Shown here: positions 55,757 through 64,000 of the stretch, piece by piece
Layout: each line of letters starts with the position of its first letter
Position numbering within the stretch: position 1 is the first letter of the stretch
From: Gemmatimonadales bacterium
Lineage (GTDB): Bacteria > Gemmatimonadota > Gemmatimonadetes > Gemmatimonadales > GWC2-71-9
DNA length: 64,000 bases
NCBI GenBank assembly: GCA_037189525.1
Contig: JBBCJC010000002.1
Coordinates: 224,001-288,000, forward strand
Reading direction: 5' to 3'
The notes under the pieces: model-generated
The model's input: the letters and a program-made list of their open reading frames with translations, nothing else
The model's database searches: none
What the model was told of the DNA's origin: nothing
Translations under genes and position numbers: made by a program

Positions 55757-57877
55757 CTACCGCAAGCGCTTCGAACCCAGCAAACTGTGCTGCACGACGG
55801 TCCGAGGTTTGACCTCCTCGTGCGGAACCGTGAAGACCAGCCGCCGAGTCCAGCCCAACTCCAGCTCGACGACCGTCCCGAAGGCATCGCGCGCCGTCCG
55901 CCACCGTTTGGCTTTCGGCAATGCACCGCCCGTCGCGGTGAGCGATGCTTGAATCAGATCGTCACCCGGCTGCGCGGTCTCTTCCAGGCGAGCGCAGGTG
56001 ACGCAGCGGCTACTCACGACGTCACGCATGCACACCTGTCGCGCACATGACGAGCAGGCAACCCGGTGTTTCTCGCAGGCCAGATTCGCGCATGCCGGAC
56101 ACGGTCGGGTGCCCGTCAGCGAGTAGGCAACTCCGTCGACATGACACGTGGTCCGGTGCGCCTCGCAGCCCCATCGACCGGGCTGGTCGGCCAGCGGCAA
56201 CAGGTGCGAAGTACAATGCCGCTCACCATCCTCTGCACACGAACCGCCGTGCTGATCGCAAATATTCTTTCCGCAGGTGGCACAGGGGCTCACCTCGTCA
56301 CTGGCCAGGTTAGAACCAGGCTCATCCTCACAGGAGGATCGATGTTGTTCACAACTCAGGCGACCCGAGCGATCCGAGCGGCGGAGATGACCAGAGCAAT
56401 GCACCTGCCCATCGACTGCGCAGACCGTTTGGTGGTGTTCGCAGACGTATCGCTCGCATGATGCGCACCTGACTGCTTCATCGCGGCCCACCGGCTCCGC
56501 CTGGCTCCCCTCGCACAGCACGACGCACCCGTCGCAGAGCCATCGCGTTCCTCTGGGCGACGACGACGCAGTTTCGACCGCATGCGCGCGACAGAGTCCA
56601 CGATCACAGATCGCGCACGATACCGCACACTCGGGGCAGACGCGGTGGTCACCGGCACTGCACTGGACGGCGTGCTGCCCGCAATGCACTCGACCGCAGG
56701 GCCGACAGACCGAGGCATGATCGGCACAGACCGGATGGCTCCCGATCGCGCATTCGCGCAGACCATGCTCGGCACAGCTTACCTCCCCGCACACACCACA
56801 CCGGGCGCTGCACGAGGAACAGCTCGCATGGCCATGCCGACACACCCGTACGACGGCCGGCACTCCGCCACATGTCGGGCAGCTGTAGTCCCAGACGGCT
56901 TCGCCACTCAGAAGCCGAGTCGCCAAGAAGGAGGCGCCGACCCCGGCAGGCGTGCGCATCGACCAGGTCACCTGCTGCGCCAGGACCGACCATTCGATCA
57001 GCTGCAGCGGATGCACCGTAATCGTGGTGCGATAGCGGTCTTCCTCCTCGCCGCGCCGCCGAGCGTGTTCCGCCTGGACTTGCCGTTTGCCCTGCGCGGC
57101 ATCCGGCGGCGCATCGGCCTCGATGTCCGCAATCAGCGTCGTATAGTAGCGCTCCAGCCGCGCCAGCTCCTGGGCCAGAGCCTGATCCGCATCACGGCCG
57201 ATGGTCGCCAGCTGATCGCGCAGGATCTCCTCGAGTTCGTCGAACGCCAGCGGCAGGAGCTGATCCATTCCCTTGGCGGCGACCGCCACGGCATTCTCAG
57301 GTAGCTGCGCCACACCGTGGGCCGGCACCGATGCGCCAGACAAGAGCTCCGCCAGGCCGCCAGGTGCGCGCACCCCGGTCGACAGATCGAGCGGCGGCGA
57401 CTCCACTAGTCGCTCATCGATGAGTGCGCCCGCTTTGATCGACACCCGGGCGACGAGCCGCCCGATGGGCAGCATCGAGAGTTCGGCCCGGCTCCCCTCG
57501 ACCGCTGCACCCTCCACCTCGACCGGGAAGGCCACCTCTCCTTCGTCCGGATCACGACTCGGCACGAGCAGTCCCCGGTGCTCGCGATGCCCCCGTGCCC
57601 GGACAGCCGTTACCAGCCGTTCGAACACCGGGCTTCCGATACCCAACAGCTCCGCATCAGGATCGACATTCAGCGCATCGGGTGTCAGCGCTACCGTAAC
57701 CGACGTGCGTCCATCCCAAAGCTGCTGCTCAGCCGGCGGGATCTCGAACTCGATCAACCCGTTACCCGTATCGAGGGGAAGTGCGCCGATCAACGAGGTA
57801 TACCGCTCGAGCAGCTGCCGGGGACGAGGATCGATCGGCGCCGGATGATGCTCAGGTGGCATTGCAGACTCCGTCAT
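55757..57877 (-). CDS. Helicase-partner protein (YqhG-like position) with a long tandem Cys/His zinc-finger array
   Basis: N-terminal GSPVFERL and coiled coil ELARLERYY. About 300 aa of C-x2-C/D-x4-C-x2-H repeats. ATGA overlap with the helicase. Confidence 0.8.
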   Translation of the reverse strand: MTESAMPPEHHPAPIDPRPRQLLERYTSLIGALPLDTGNGLIEFEIPPAEQQLWDGRTSVTVALTPDALNVDPDAELLGIGSPVFERLVTAVRARGHREHRGLLVPSRDPDEGEVAFPVEVEGAAVEGSRAELSMLPIGRLVARVSIKAGALIDERLVESPPLDLSTGVRAPGGLAELLSGASVPAHGVAQLPENAVAVAAKGMDQLLPLAFDELEEILRDQLATIGRDADQALAQELARLERYYTTLIADIEADAPPDAAQGKRQVQAEHARRRGEEEDRYRTTITVHPLQLIEWSVLAQQVTWSMRTPAGVGASFLATRLLSGEAVWDYSCPTCGGVPAVVRVCRHGHASCSSCSARCGVCGEVSCAEHGLRECAIGSHPVCADHASVCRPCGRVHCGQHAVQCSAGDHRVCPECAVSCAICDRGLCRAHAVETASSSPRGTRWLCDGCVVLCEGSQAEPVGRDEAVRCASCERYVCEHHQTVCAVDGQVHCSGHLRRSDRSGRLSCEQHRSSCEDEPGSNLASDEVSPCATCGKNICDQHGGSCAEDGERHCTSHLLPLADQPGRWGCEAHRTTCHVDGVAYSLTGTRPCPACANLACEKHRVACSSCARQVCMRDVVSSRCVTCARLEETAQPGDDLIQASLTATGGALPKAKRWRTARDAFGTVVELELGWTRRLVFTVPHEEVKPRTVVQHSLLGSKRLR

Positions 57878-60006
57878 ACCACGAGCGGCGCTTCGGCATC
57901 GCCACCGATAGCCGTGACCGTGATCGGCAGCCGATCGGCCTGCGCCAACAGCCAGACCTCCCGTCCCCGTCCGGTCAGACCGACGATCCGATAGACCGGC
58001 CCGTAGTCCGGATGCATGCCCGCGGGCTCCACCACGGGGCCCATGCTCAGCATCTCCAATACCTCGGCCACTGCGATACCCAACTGGTGCCGCGTCCCGT
58101 CGACGCCCGGTGCCAGCGTCATGTGCACGGTTCCATAACCGAGCCGGAGCCGGGCCGGCACGGTGAGACTGGTGAACTCGTCCTTGAGCCGCTGCGCCGC
58201 ATCCGCCGCGGCGATGACCGAGCTGCGCTCCTCTTCCTCGAGCGCTGCCGTCCGCTCCGCCGCAACCTTGTCACCCAGCTCCTCGATCTTCTCCCCGAAT
58301 GTGTCATCGGTTTCCGCCGCGAGCCAGAGCTGACCCAAGTGGCCCTCGAAGCTTTCCCCGCCATCGTCGTCCATCCGCTCGAGGATCAGGTCCAACTCAC
58401 CCACCACCAGTTCGAACAGCCGGATCTTCGTGTGCAGCAAGCGAAGGATGTGCGCTTCGATCGTGTCTTTCGCTGCGTAGTTGTACAGTTCGACCTCGCG
58501 CTGCTGGCCGAACCGGTGAACTCGGCCGATCCGCTGCTCGACGACCATCGGATTCCAGGGCAGTTCGTAGTTGACGAGCTGGTGACAGAATTGAAGATTC
58601 AGGCCTTCCGTGCCGGCCCGGGTGCTGACCAGTACACCCTTCGGCTCGCGCCTGAATCGGGTCAGCGCCCGGTGCCGGTCGGCACGATTCAGGCTACCCT
58701 GAAATACGATTGCCGGGCGGCCGAGTTCCTTTACGCGCTGATTGATCAGGTCGATCGTGGGCAGGTGCTCGCTGAACACTACGGCCCGATCCTCCGATCG
58801 CGCCAGCATCGCCGAAAGCTCCTCGAGCTTCGCATGGGTGCCGACCGCGGCCGCTTCGTCTGCCAGCAACTGCGCCCGGCGGCGGAACGCGGGCACGATC
58901 AACTCGCCCTGGCCGAGATGCGCCATCGATGATGCCAGAGCCGGCGACGACGAACAGAGCCGCTGCGCCAGCCGGAGACACTCCAGAAAGAAGATCCCGC
59001 GCCCCGTCCTGGCCCGCCGGCGCCGCCGGTCAGCTCGTTCTTCCTCTTCAGTCGTCGCCCGGAATCCGTCGCGATAGAGGTCGCGCAGGAACCGCGCTGT
59101 CCCGGCATAGAGCCCTGCCTCAGCAGGCGTCAGAATCACGTCGGGGTGCCGGGGACGTCGTGCCGGCAACGACATGATATGCGCCACACTCGAGCGCCTG
59201 GTCCGGATCATCACCCGGCTGGTGAGGTCGCGCAGCGCCGCGGCCTGACGGACTTCCCGCCCGGTCCGGTCGGCAACGTAGATCTGCTTGAATTCCTTCC
59301 AGGTGCCGAGATGCCCCGGTCGCAGCAACGTCACGAGGTTATAGAGCTCGCGGAGATCGTTCTGAATCGGGGTCGCGGTGAGCAGCAGGAGGTAGTTGCG
59401 ACGGATCTGCTGGATCAGCTGATAGCGGGCCGACTCGTGGTTCTTGCACTTGTGTGCCTCATCCACGATCACCAGGTCCCAGCGGTGCTTGAGTAGTTCC
59501 TCAGCATGCCGCCGGTGCCTGGCGCGGTCGTACGACGCAATCGCCCGAGGCGAGCGGGCCCACTGATCGGGAGATTCGATTGGTTCGAACGTTTCGAGGA
59601 ACTTGTCCTCCAGCTCCTCGACCCACTGGGTCACCAGACTCGCGGGGGTCAGGATCAGGATTCGGCGGGCGAGTCCGCGTACCTCCAGCTCTTTCAGGAT
59701 GATGCCGGCTTCGATGGTTTTACCGAGACCGACTTCGTCCGCCAGAATGACGCGCCCGCTCATCGGCGGCTGCAGGGCTTGCAGCGCAACATTGATCTGA
59801 TGCGGCAGTTCGTCGATCCGGTTCATGTCGAGGGTGATCAGGCGGTCGAACGCCGGCAGGAGGGCGAGTTCCTCCGCCATCCGGCGTACACGCAACCATG
59901 CAGCGCCGGAGGCCGGCGCGCGGAGGCCCAGGCTGAAGGTTGCCAGGGAATCCTGGTCGACCTCCCACAGGGGCGTGGAGGTTCCTGCCGTTGGTTTCGC
60001 GGTCAC
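57874..60006 (-). CDS. SNF2-family DEAH helicase/ATPase (YqhH-like)
   Basis: LPHQ, ILADEVGLGKTIEAG, DEAH, LTATPIQN, TEGLNLQ, NYELPWNPMVVEQRIGRVHRFGQ. Confidence 0.93.
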   Translation of the reverse strand: MTAKPTAGTSTPLWEVDQDSLATFSLGLRAPASGAAWLRVRRMAEELALLPAFDRLITLDMNRIDELPHQINVALQALQPPMSGRVILADEVGLGKTIEAGIILKELEVRGLARRILILTPASLVTQWVEELEDKFLETFEPIESPDQWARSPRAIASYDRARHRRHAEELLKHRWDLVIVDEAHKCKNHESARYQLIQQIRRNYLLLLTATPIQNDLRELYNLVTLLRPGHLGTWKEFKQIYVADRTGREVRQAAALRDLTSRVMIRTRRSSVAHIMSLPARRPRHPDVILTPAEAGLYAGTARFLRDLYRDGFRATTEEEERADRRRRRARTGRGIFFLECLRLAQRLCSSSPALASSMAHLGQGELIVPAFRRRAQLLADEAAAVGTHAKLEELSAMLARSEDRAVVFSEHLPTIDLINQRVKELGRPAIVFQGSLNRADRHRALTRFRREPKGVLVSTRAGTEGLNLQFCHQLVNYELPWNPMVVEQRIGRVHRFGQQREVELYNYAAKDTIEAHILRLLHTKIRLFELVVGELDLILERMDDDGGESFEGHLGQLWLAAETDDTFGEKIEELGDKVAAERTAALEEEERSSVIAAADAAQRLKDEFTSLTVPARLRLGYGTVHMTLAPGVDGTRHQLGIAVAEVLEMLSMGPVVEPAGMHPDYGPVYRIVGLTGRGREVWLLAQADRLPITVTAIGGDAEAPLVV

Positions 60007-60018
60007 CGAATCTCCACG

Positions 60019-61293
60019 TCAATCGACCCGTACCCCAAGCGCTCGCCAGAAGGCCACCTCGGCGAGGACTCGAGTACCGTACTCGCGAGCCTTCTTGGCT
60101 TTCGAGGATGCCGAGCTTGGATCAGCCACCACCAGAATGTCGAGCTTCTTCGTCACCCGCGGAAGCACCACGAGACCCGCACTACCTGCCAGCTCCTGAG
60201 CCCGCTCGCGCGTCATCGGCACACCGTTCTCGCTGCAGAGCGATGTACCCGTGAAGCACACGGACTTTCCGACCAGGCTTTCGGACTCCTGAATCTGTGG
60301 AGAGACCGGCAGGCGCTCATACTCCTCATTGAGGAGCGCCTGAAGACCGGCTGGCGGCAGCCCCAGAAGTTCCCGAACCGTCTCAAGATCGGATCGCTCA
60401 GGTACGGTCACGACCCCATCGGCGCGCGCCTCTCCAACGAGCGCTCGAAGATATCGACCATGCGCTGCGATGACGTCGACTCGAGACATGCCCCAGTCCA
60501 GCGCCACGTCGATCAACGCCTCGGCTTCGTCGCGCGTTACGGCACGGTCTTCGAGAACACGGTCGAGCACAGACAAGTACTCCGCCTCGACCGCCGACGT
60601 TGCTTCGTCACCGGGGAGCGCGTCGACGAGTCGGGCAAGGTACGCCCGGCTTTCCCGATGCAGCTCGCGGGCACGCGAACGTCCCATGGAACGGCCCGAT
60701 GGCGACAGACCGTGCCACGACCTCGCAGGTGGCGCTCCGTGGTAGAAATCAATGTCGAGCGGTGCCGGACTGGGTAGGCCACCGCGTCGCGCAAGAGCAG
60801 CCAAGAGGGAAGCCGTTGCCTGGGCATCTCCCAACGCATCGTGAGCGGGAGTGAGTTCGATGCCAAGCTCTTTGCAGCAGGCGGCGAGTTTCCGGGTTGG
60901 CGCGTCTGTCAGATCCCGATAGGCCAGCGCGAGCGTACAGAGGGAAGGCAATGGCGGCATCATGACGTCGGCTCGGCGGAACTCCGACGCCAGGAAGCCC
61001 AGGTCAAAACGCAGGTTATGACCGACGACTACGGTATTACTGAGTCGTGACGCGATATCGCCCGCAGTTTCCGTAAACGGTGGGGCATGGACGACGTCCG
61101 ATGCCATGATTCCATGGATGTCGGAGCGACCGACGTCCCGATTGGGATTGACGAGGGTCACGAACTCATCGACCACATGGAAATCGGGATGCATGCGGAC
61201 GATCGCGATCTCGATGACACGGTCGGCGCCGCGGTAGTTGAACCCGGTTGTTTCGACATCGATCGCGGCAAAGCACAAGGGCTGAGATTGCAT
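60019..61293 (-). CDS. DEDDh 3'-5' exonuclease (DnaQ-like) with TerB-like middle region and C-terminal BRCT domain
   Basis: IDVETTG, HNLRFD, HDALGDA. Middle LEDRAVTRDE and ADGVVTVPE. BRCT VCFTG...VTKKLDILVVAD...SKAKKAREYG..LAE..F. Confidence 0.88.
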   Translation of the reverse strand: MQSQPLCFAAIDVETTGFNYRGADRVIEIAIVRMHPDFHVVDEFVTLVNPNRDVGRSDIHGIMASDVVHAPPFTETAGDIASRLSNTVVVGHNLRFDLGFLASEFRRADVMMPPLPSLCTLALAYRDLTDAPTRKLAACCKELGIELTPAHDALGDAQATASLLAALARRGGLPSPAPLDIDFYHGAPPARSWHGLSPSGRSMGRSRARELHRESRAYLARLVDALPGDEATSAVEAEYLSVLDRVLEDRAVTRDEAEALIDVALDWGMSRVDVIAAHGRYLRALVGEARADGVVTVPERSDLETVRELLGLPPAGLQALLNEEYERLPVSPQIQESESLVGKSVCFTGTSLCSENGVPMTRERAQELAGSAGLVVLPRVTKKLDILVVADPSSASSKAKKAREYGTRVLAEVAFWRALGVRVD

Positions 61294-61419
61294 ATCACAT
61301 TCCCGCGAGTATAGTGCTGAGATTGCTCGGCTTACGTTGATAGCCTAATTCATCAAACCCAAGCAGTTCGACGACGGTTAGCTTGACTACCAAGAGAATG
61401 CCTATGCTTAAGATCCCTC

Positions 61420-62436
61420 TTAGGTTACCCCGTCAGGGCCTACCCACAACTCGACTCGCTCGATCGATCCGTCGTGACCTGCAATTGCGTTCCTTCCCGC
61501 ATCTTTGGCAAATCGTTTCGCCTCAGCCGCAATTGATAGTGCCTCGTCCTCAGTCATTGATGATCCAGAAGGTAGCTCACAGACCCCCATCGATATCGTC
61601 GGCCGCTCGTTAAGTTGGTGATACTCCGCTGACGCTAATGATGACCGAACCCGAAGCAGCAACGGAAGCACGACAGATTTGGGTGAATTTGGCAAAAGAG
61701 CAACAAACTCATCCCCACCGAATCGATAGACCACCCCATGGCCGAAAAAACCCGATTCTATGATCCGCATTAGTTTAGGCAAAATCACTCGGTCAACGAC
61801 GGGTTCCGTAAGGGCCGAGTTGAAGAGTTTGAAATTGTCGACATCGATGAACACAACAGAGACAGGTAAACGTCTGCTATCACAATCATCCCTAAGCAAG
61901 GGGAGATCTACCCAGAGCTGTGACGGTGCCAAGAAAATGCCGTGCTTTGGATCGTATGCCTTGACAACAGATGTGCCAACTGGGGTACTGGCACTCAGGC
62001 ACTGCGCCGTGAGATAATCTTGAGCACGAGGGATACGAACTGAGAGGGCAGTTGTAAACCATTCTTGACGCGAGAAATAGCGGAATGGTTCCAACCGTTC
62101 ATCGAGTGCCGTAAGCATCTCTGGATGCTGCGTGTTTCGTCGATACCCGTCAACTTGCCTCGCGATAAGGCGCCGCTCATACAGGATAACCGTCTTTAGA
62201 ACACTCACCATGCCTTGCGGTAAGGCGAGATCGCCACTAGAAGTCCTTCCTCGGTTCACTGTATCCGCGAGCTGAATCAACAAATCTGAAAGGAAAGAGG
62301 CATCCGCAGGTTGGGGAGTACCGCTACCCAGAGCTTCTGACAGCCGATGCTGAAGGAAGCCAAGTTCCTGATTCAGCGAGGAAGCCGCATTGACAACCAG
62401 ATCGAAGTACTGCCTTGGAATGGCTATGACCTCCAT
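61420..62436 (-). CDS. GGDEF-domain protein with unknown helical N-terminus (divergent)
   Basis: FIDVDNFKLFN, YRFGGDEF, TISMGV, AKDAGRN. Low-GC segment. Start at ATG 62436 or 62460. Confidence 0.85.
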   Translation of the reverse strand: MEVIAIPRQYFDLVVNAASSLNQELGFLQHRLSEALGSGTPQPADASFLSDLLIQLADTVNRGRTSSGDLALPQGMVSVLKTVILYERRLIARQVDGYRRNTQHPEMLTALDERLEPFRYFSRQEWFTTALSVRIPRAQDYLTAQCLSASTPVGTSVVKAYDPKHGIFLAPSQLWVDLPLLRDDCDSRRLPVSVVFIDVDNFKLFNSALTEPVVDRVILPKLMRIIESGFFGHGVVYRFGGDEFVALLPNSPKSVVLPLLLRVRSSLASAEYHQLNERPTISMGVCELPSGSSMTEDEALSIAAEAKRFAKDAGRNAIAGHDGSIERVELWVGPDGVT

Positions 62437-62847
62437 ACGACCCCCATCAATCGAGAACAAGGACCGATGCTCTCAGCGACATATCGACCCGCACCCTCGA
62501 TCGAAAGCACCGATAACCCTCTGTCTGTATTTATAACGACCGACTCGATCGACAGCTCCATTTAGTAACCAGGACGAGCCGGACGCACCTGACCCACAAC
62601 GCCATCAAGTAGCGCCCCGACCTCCTTGCGCAGCTGTATAGCGCGCCGCGACCGCCGGTGTTGAAGCTTTGCGAAGATCTCAGCTAACATGAGGCGTTTC
62701 GAACGATTCGCGAAAACCATCTCTTCAAGTTCGTAGATGGTATGCTCGATATAGGTCGCACCATGAAAGCCTCTTCGTCATGTCAGATCCCATGATGAAC
62801 CGATTCCACCAGGACCGAGCCGGGTGGACAAGGTTCATATGACCAAT

Positions 62848-63000
62848 CTACTCGCTCTCGAACTCATGGCTCGTGAACTTGAGCGTCCGGCTGTTCTCCG
62901 TGACCACACGGATAGTCTGTTCGCTCGCCCCGTTCGGGAGGCGAGCTTCGATTTCTAGCGTCACCGACACCTCTGCTCCTGGTTGGCCAGCCATGACGAG
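62848..63000 (-). pseudogene. C-terminal remnant of a DUF499-type ATPase gene
   Basis: AGQPGAEVSVTLEIEARLPNGASEQTIRVVTENSRTLKFTSHEFE* resembles, from memory, the extreme C-terminus of DUF499 proteins. Only ~50 codons are present. Confidence 0.6.
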
Positions 63001-63111
63001 GGTGTCCCGAAGGCCCCGTACGCCACGAAGGGCGAACCGCAACTCCGCGTTCGCCCTTCGTCGTTTCGCCCCTGCCAGGGCGCGGGCCCCCGATCCGGCC
63101 GGTCCACAGAA

Positions 63112-64000
63112 CTATCGGGGGGTCGTCAGGGAATCGAAACGCGGGTGTCCATGCAGCGGCAGGAAGACCGGATCGAACCGGAGCGCCGGCGCGCCGATGA
63201 TCCAGGATTGCGGCCGCCCATATGTTTCGACCAGCAGATCGATGGCCTCCGACGGCTTTCCCGCCAGCACGGCAATCCGCGCCCGGATCAGCGCGATGTA
63301 GTCCCCCATGACGAGGTCTTCTGTCGCGGTCAACCGGGGAGCCGCCTCGATGACCCGGATCGCCTCGCTCCGACGCCCGACATAAGCCAGGGCCAGAGCC
63401 TGCAGCGCCCGAAACTGAGGATCGGTACTGGCCCGGTCCGCCCGAACGGCAAAATGGCGCGCCGCCTCCGCAGCCCACCGGACCACGGCTGCGCTGTCAC
63501 GCCGCTGCGCGAAGATCTCCGCAAACGCCAGCGCCCGACTGCCCGAGTCGTTGTCGAACAGCGCCACCGGCGCCGTCATGACCGTGTCCTGCTGCCCGGG
63601 CGTGAGCACCCAGTAGAGATCGTCGTACATCGCAAGCTGCGCGAACAGGAGTTGCCGATCCGTGTCCGGCGGCGCATCGGCCACCACCTGCCGCGCCTGC
63701 TCGAGGTCGCCCAGACCAAGATGGGATCGGACGAGATACTGGAGCACCTCGCCGTTCGACGGCGCCACCAGTTGGGCTCGGCGGAGGATCCGCAGCGCGT
63801 CCGCGGGACGGCGCAGCGCGAAATACAGTGTGGCAAGACTGCGAGCGCTCCGGACGGACCGCGGATCGAGCAGATGGGCCCGCTCCGCCATCGCCAACCC
63901 TTCCTCGGCCCGCCCCGCATTGAAGAGGATCCTGCCCGCCAACCGAAGGAAATCGGCGTCGGCGCCGTGCCGGATCATCCCCTCCTTCACGATCTCCGTC
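63112..64000 (-). CDS. TPR-repeat protein C-terminal part (probably a kinase/TolB-TPR fusion), partial
   Basis: TPR-like repeats (AERAHLLDPRS; AQLVAPSN) and terminal LRFDPVFLPLHGHPRF. Start is probably beyond the right edge. Confidence 0.8.
   Translation of the reverse strand, partial: TEIVKEGMIRHGADADFLRLAGRILFNAGRAEEGLAMAERAHLLDPRSVRSARSLATLYFALRRPADALRILRRAQLVAPSNGEVLQYLVRSHLGLGDLEQARQVVADAPPDTDRQLLFAQLAMYDDLYWVLTPGQQDTVMTAPVALFDNDSGSRALAFAEIFAQRRDSAAVVRWAAEAARHFAVRADRASTDPQFRALQALALAYVGRRSEAIRVIEAAPRLTATEDLVMGDYIALIRARIAVLAGKPSEAIDLLVETYGRPQSWIIGAPALRFDPVFLPLHGHPRFDSLTTPR

Larger units (their letters stand above)
33800..63050. other. Putative accessory genomic island (secretion/toxin/defence), mosaic
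   Basis: Hand-counted 60-nt spot samples: ~77% GC at 19681, ~52% at 35521, ~45% at 61741. Pseudogenes at both ends and internally. Toxin/defence gene content. No integrase or att repeat seen. Confidence 0.55.

Noticed and set aside
57781..60777. Plus-strand ORFs of 383 and 423 aa
   Set aside because: Antisense to the SNF2 helicase and exonuclease, which carry clear motifs.
1..64000. CRISPR arrays, tRNA/rRNA genes, integrases, IS elements, att direct repeats
   Set aside because: No regularly spaced repeats, cloverleaf-like sequences or recombinase/transposase motifs were seen by eye. Short att sites or ncRNAs could have been missed.

Overview
This is a GC-rich bacterial window. The gene repertoire (PD40-amidohydrolases, CocE/NonD, kinase-TPR, Ig-like lipoproteins, signal-peptide RHS) is Gemmatimonadota-like, which is an inference. 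It has four blocks. (1) 1-16.9 kb: mostly exported hydrolases (two PD40/TolB-amidohydrolase fusions, CocE/NonD, alpha/beta hydrolases, a nitrilase-family enzyme), a YegP protein, an AraC regulator and a Ser/Thr kinase-TPR. (2) 16.9-32.3 kb: a tightly coupled 15.4-kb minus-strand operon of five large proteins without signal peptides. These are a PhoD-like metallophosphoesterase, a DUF6603-like beta-rich protein and three unannotatable proteins of 993, ~1510 and 617 aa. This is the best candidate for an undescribed system. (3) After homoserine dehydrogenase, a lower-GC accessory region starts at a decayed ECF sigma gene. It carries a near-complete type II secretion cluster with a sigma54 promoter, flanked by two sensor-less sigma54 activators. 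Convergent on this lie a Sec-signal RHS toxin with an immunity gene, a decayed orphan toxin/immunity pair and a subtilisin lipoprotein. (4) 55.7-63.0 kb: a defence/DNA-processing-like module (divergent GGDEF, DEDDh-TerB-like-BRCT exonuclease, SNF2 helicase, tandem Cys/His zinc-finger protein), bounded by a truncated TolB-like gene and a DUF499-type remnant. No tRNA, rRNA, CRISPR array, integrase or transposase was recognised. All family assignments come from motif recognition by eye, not database searches.
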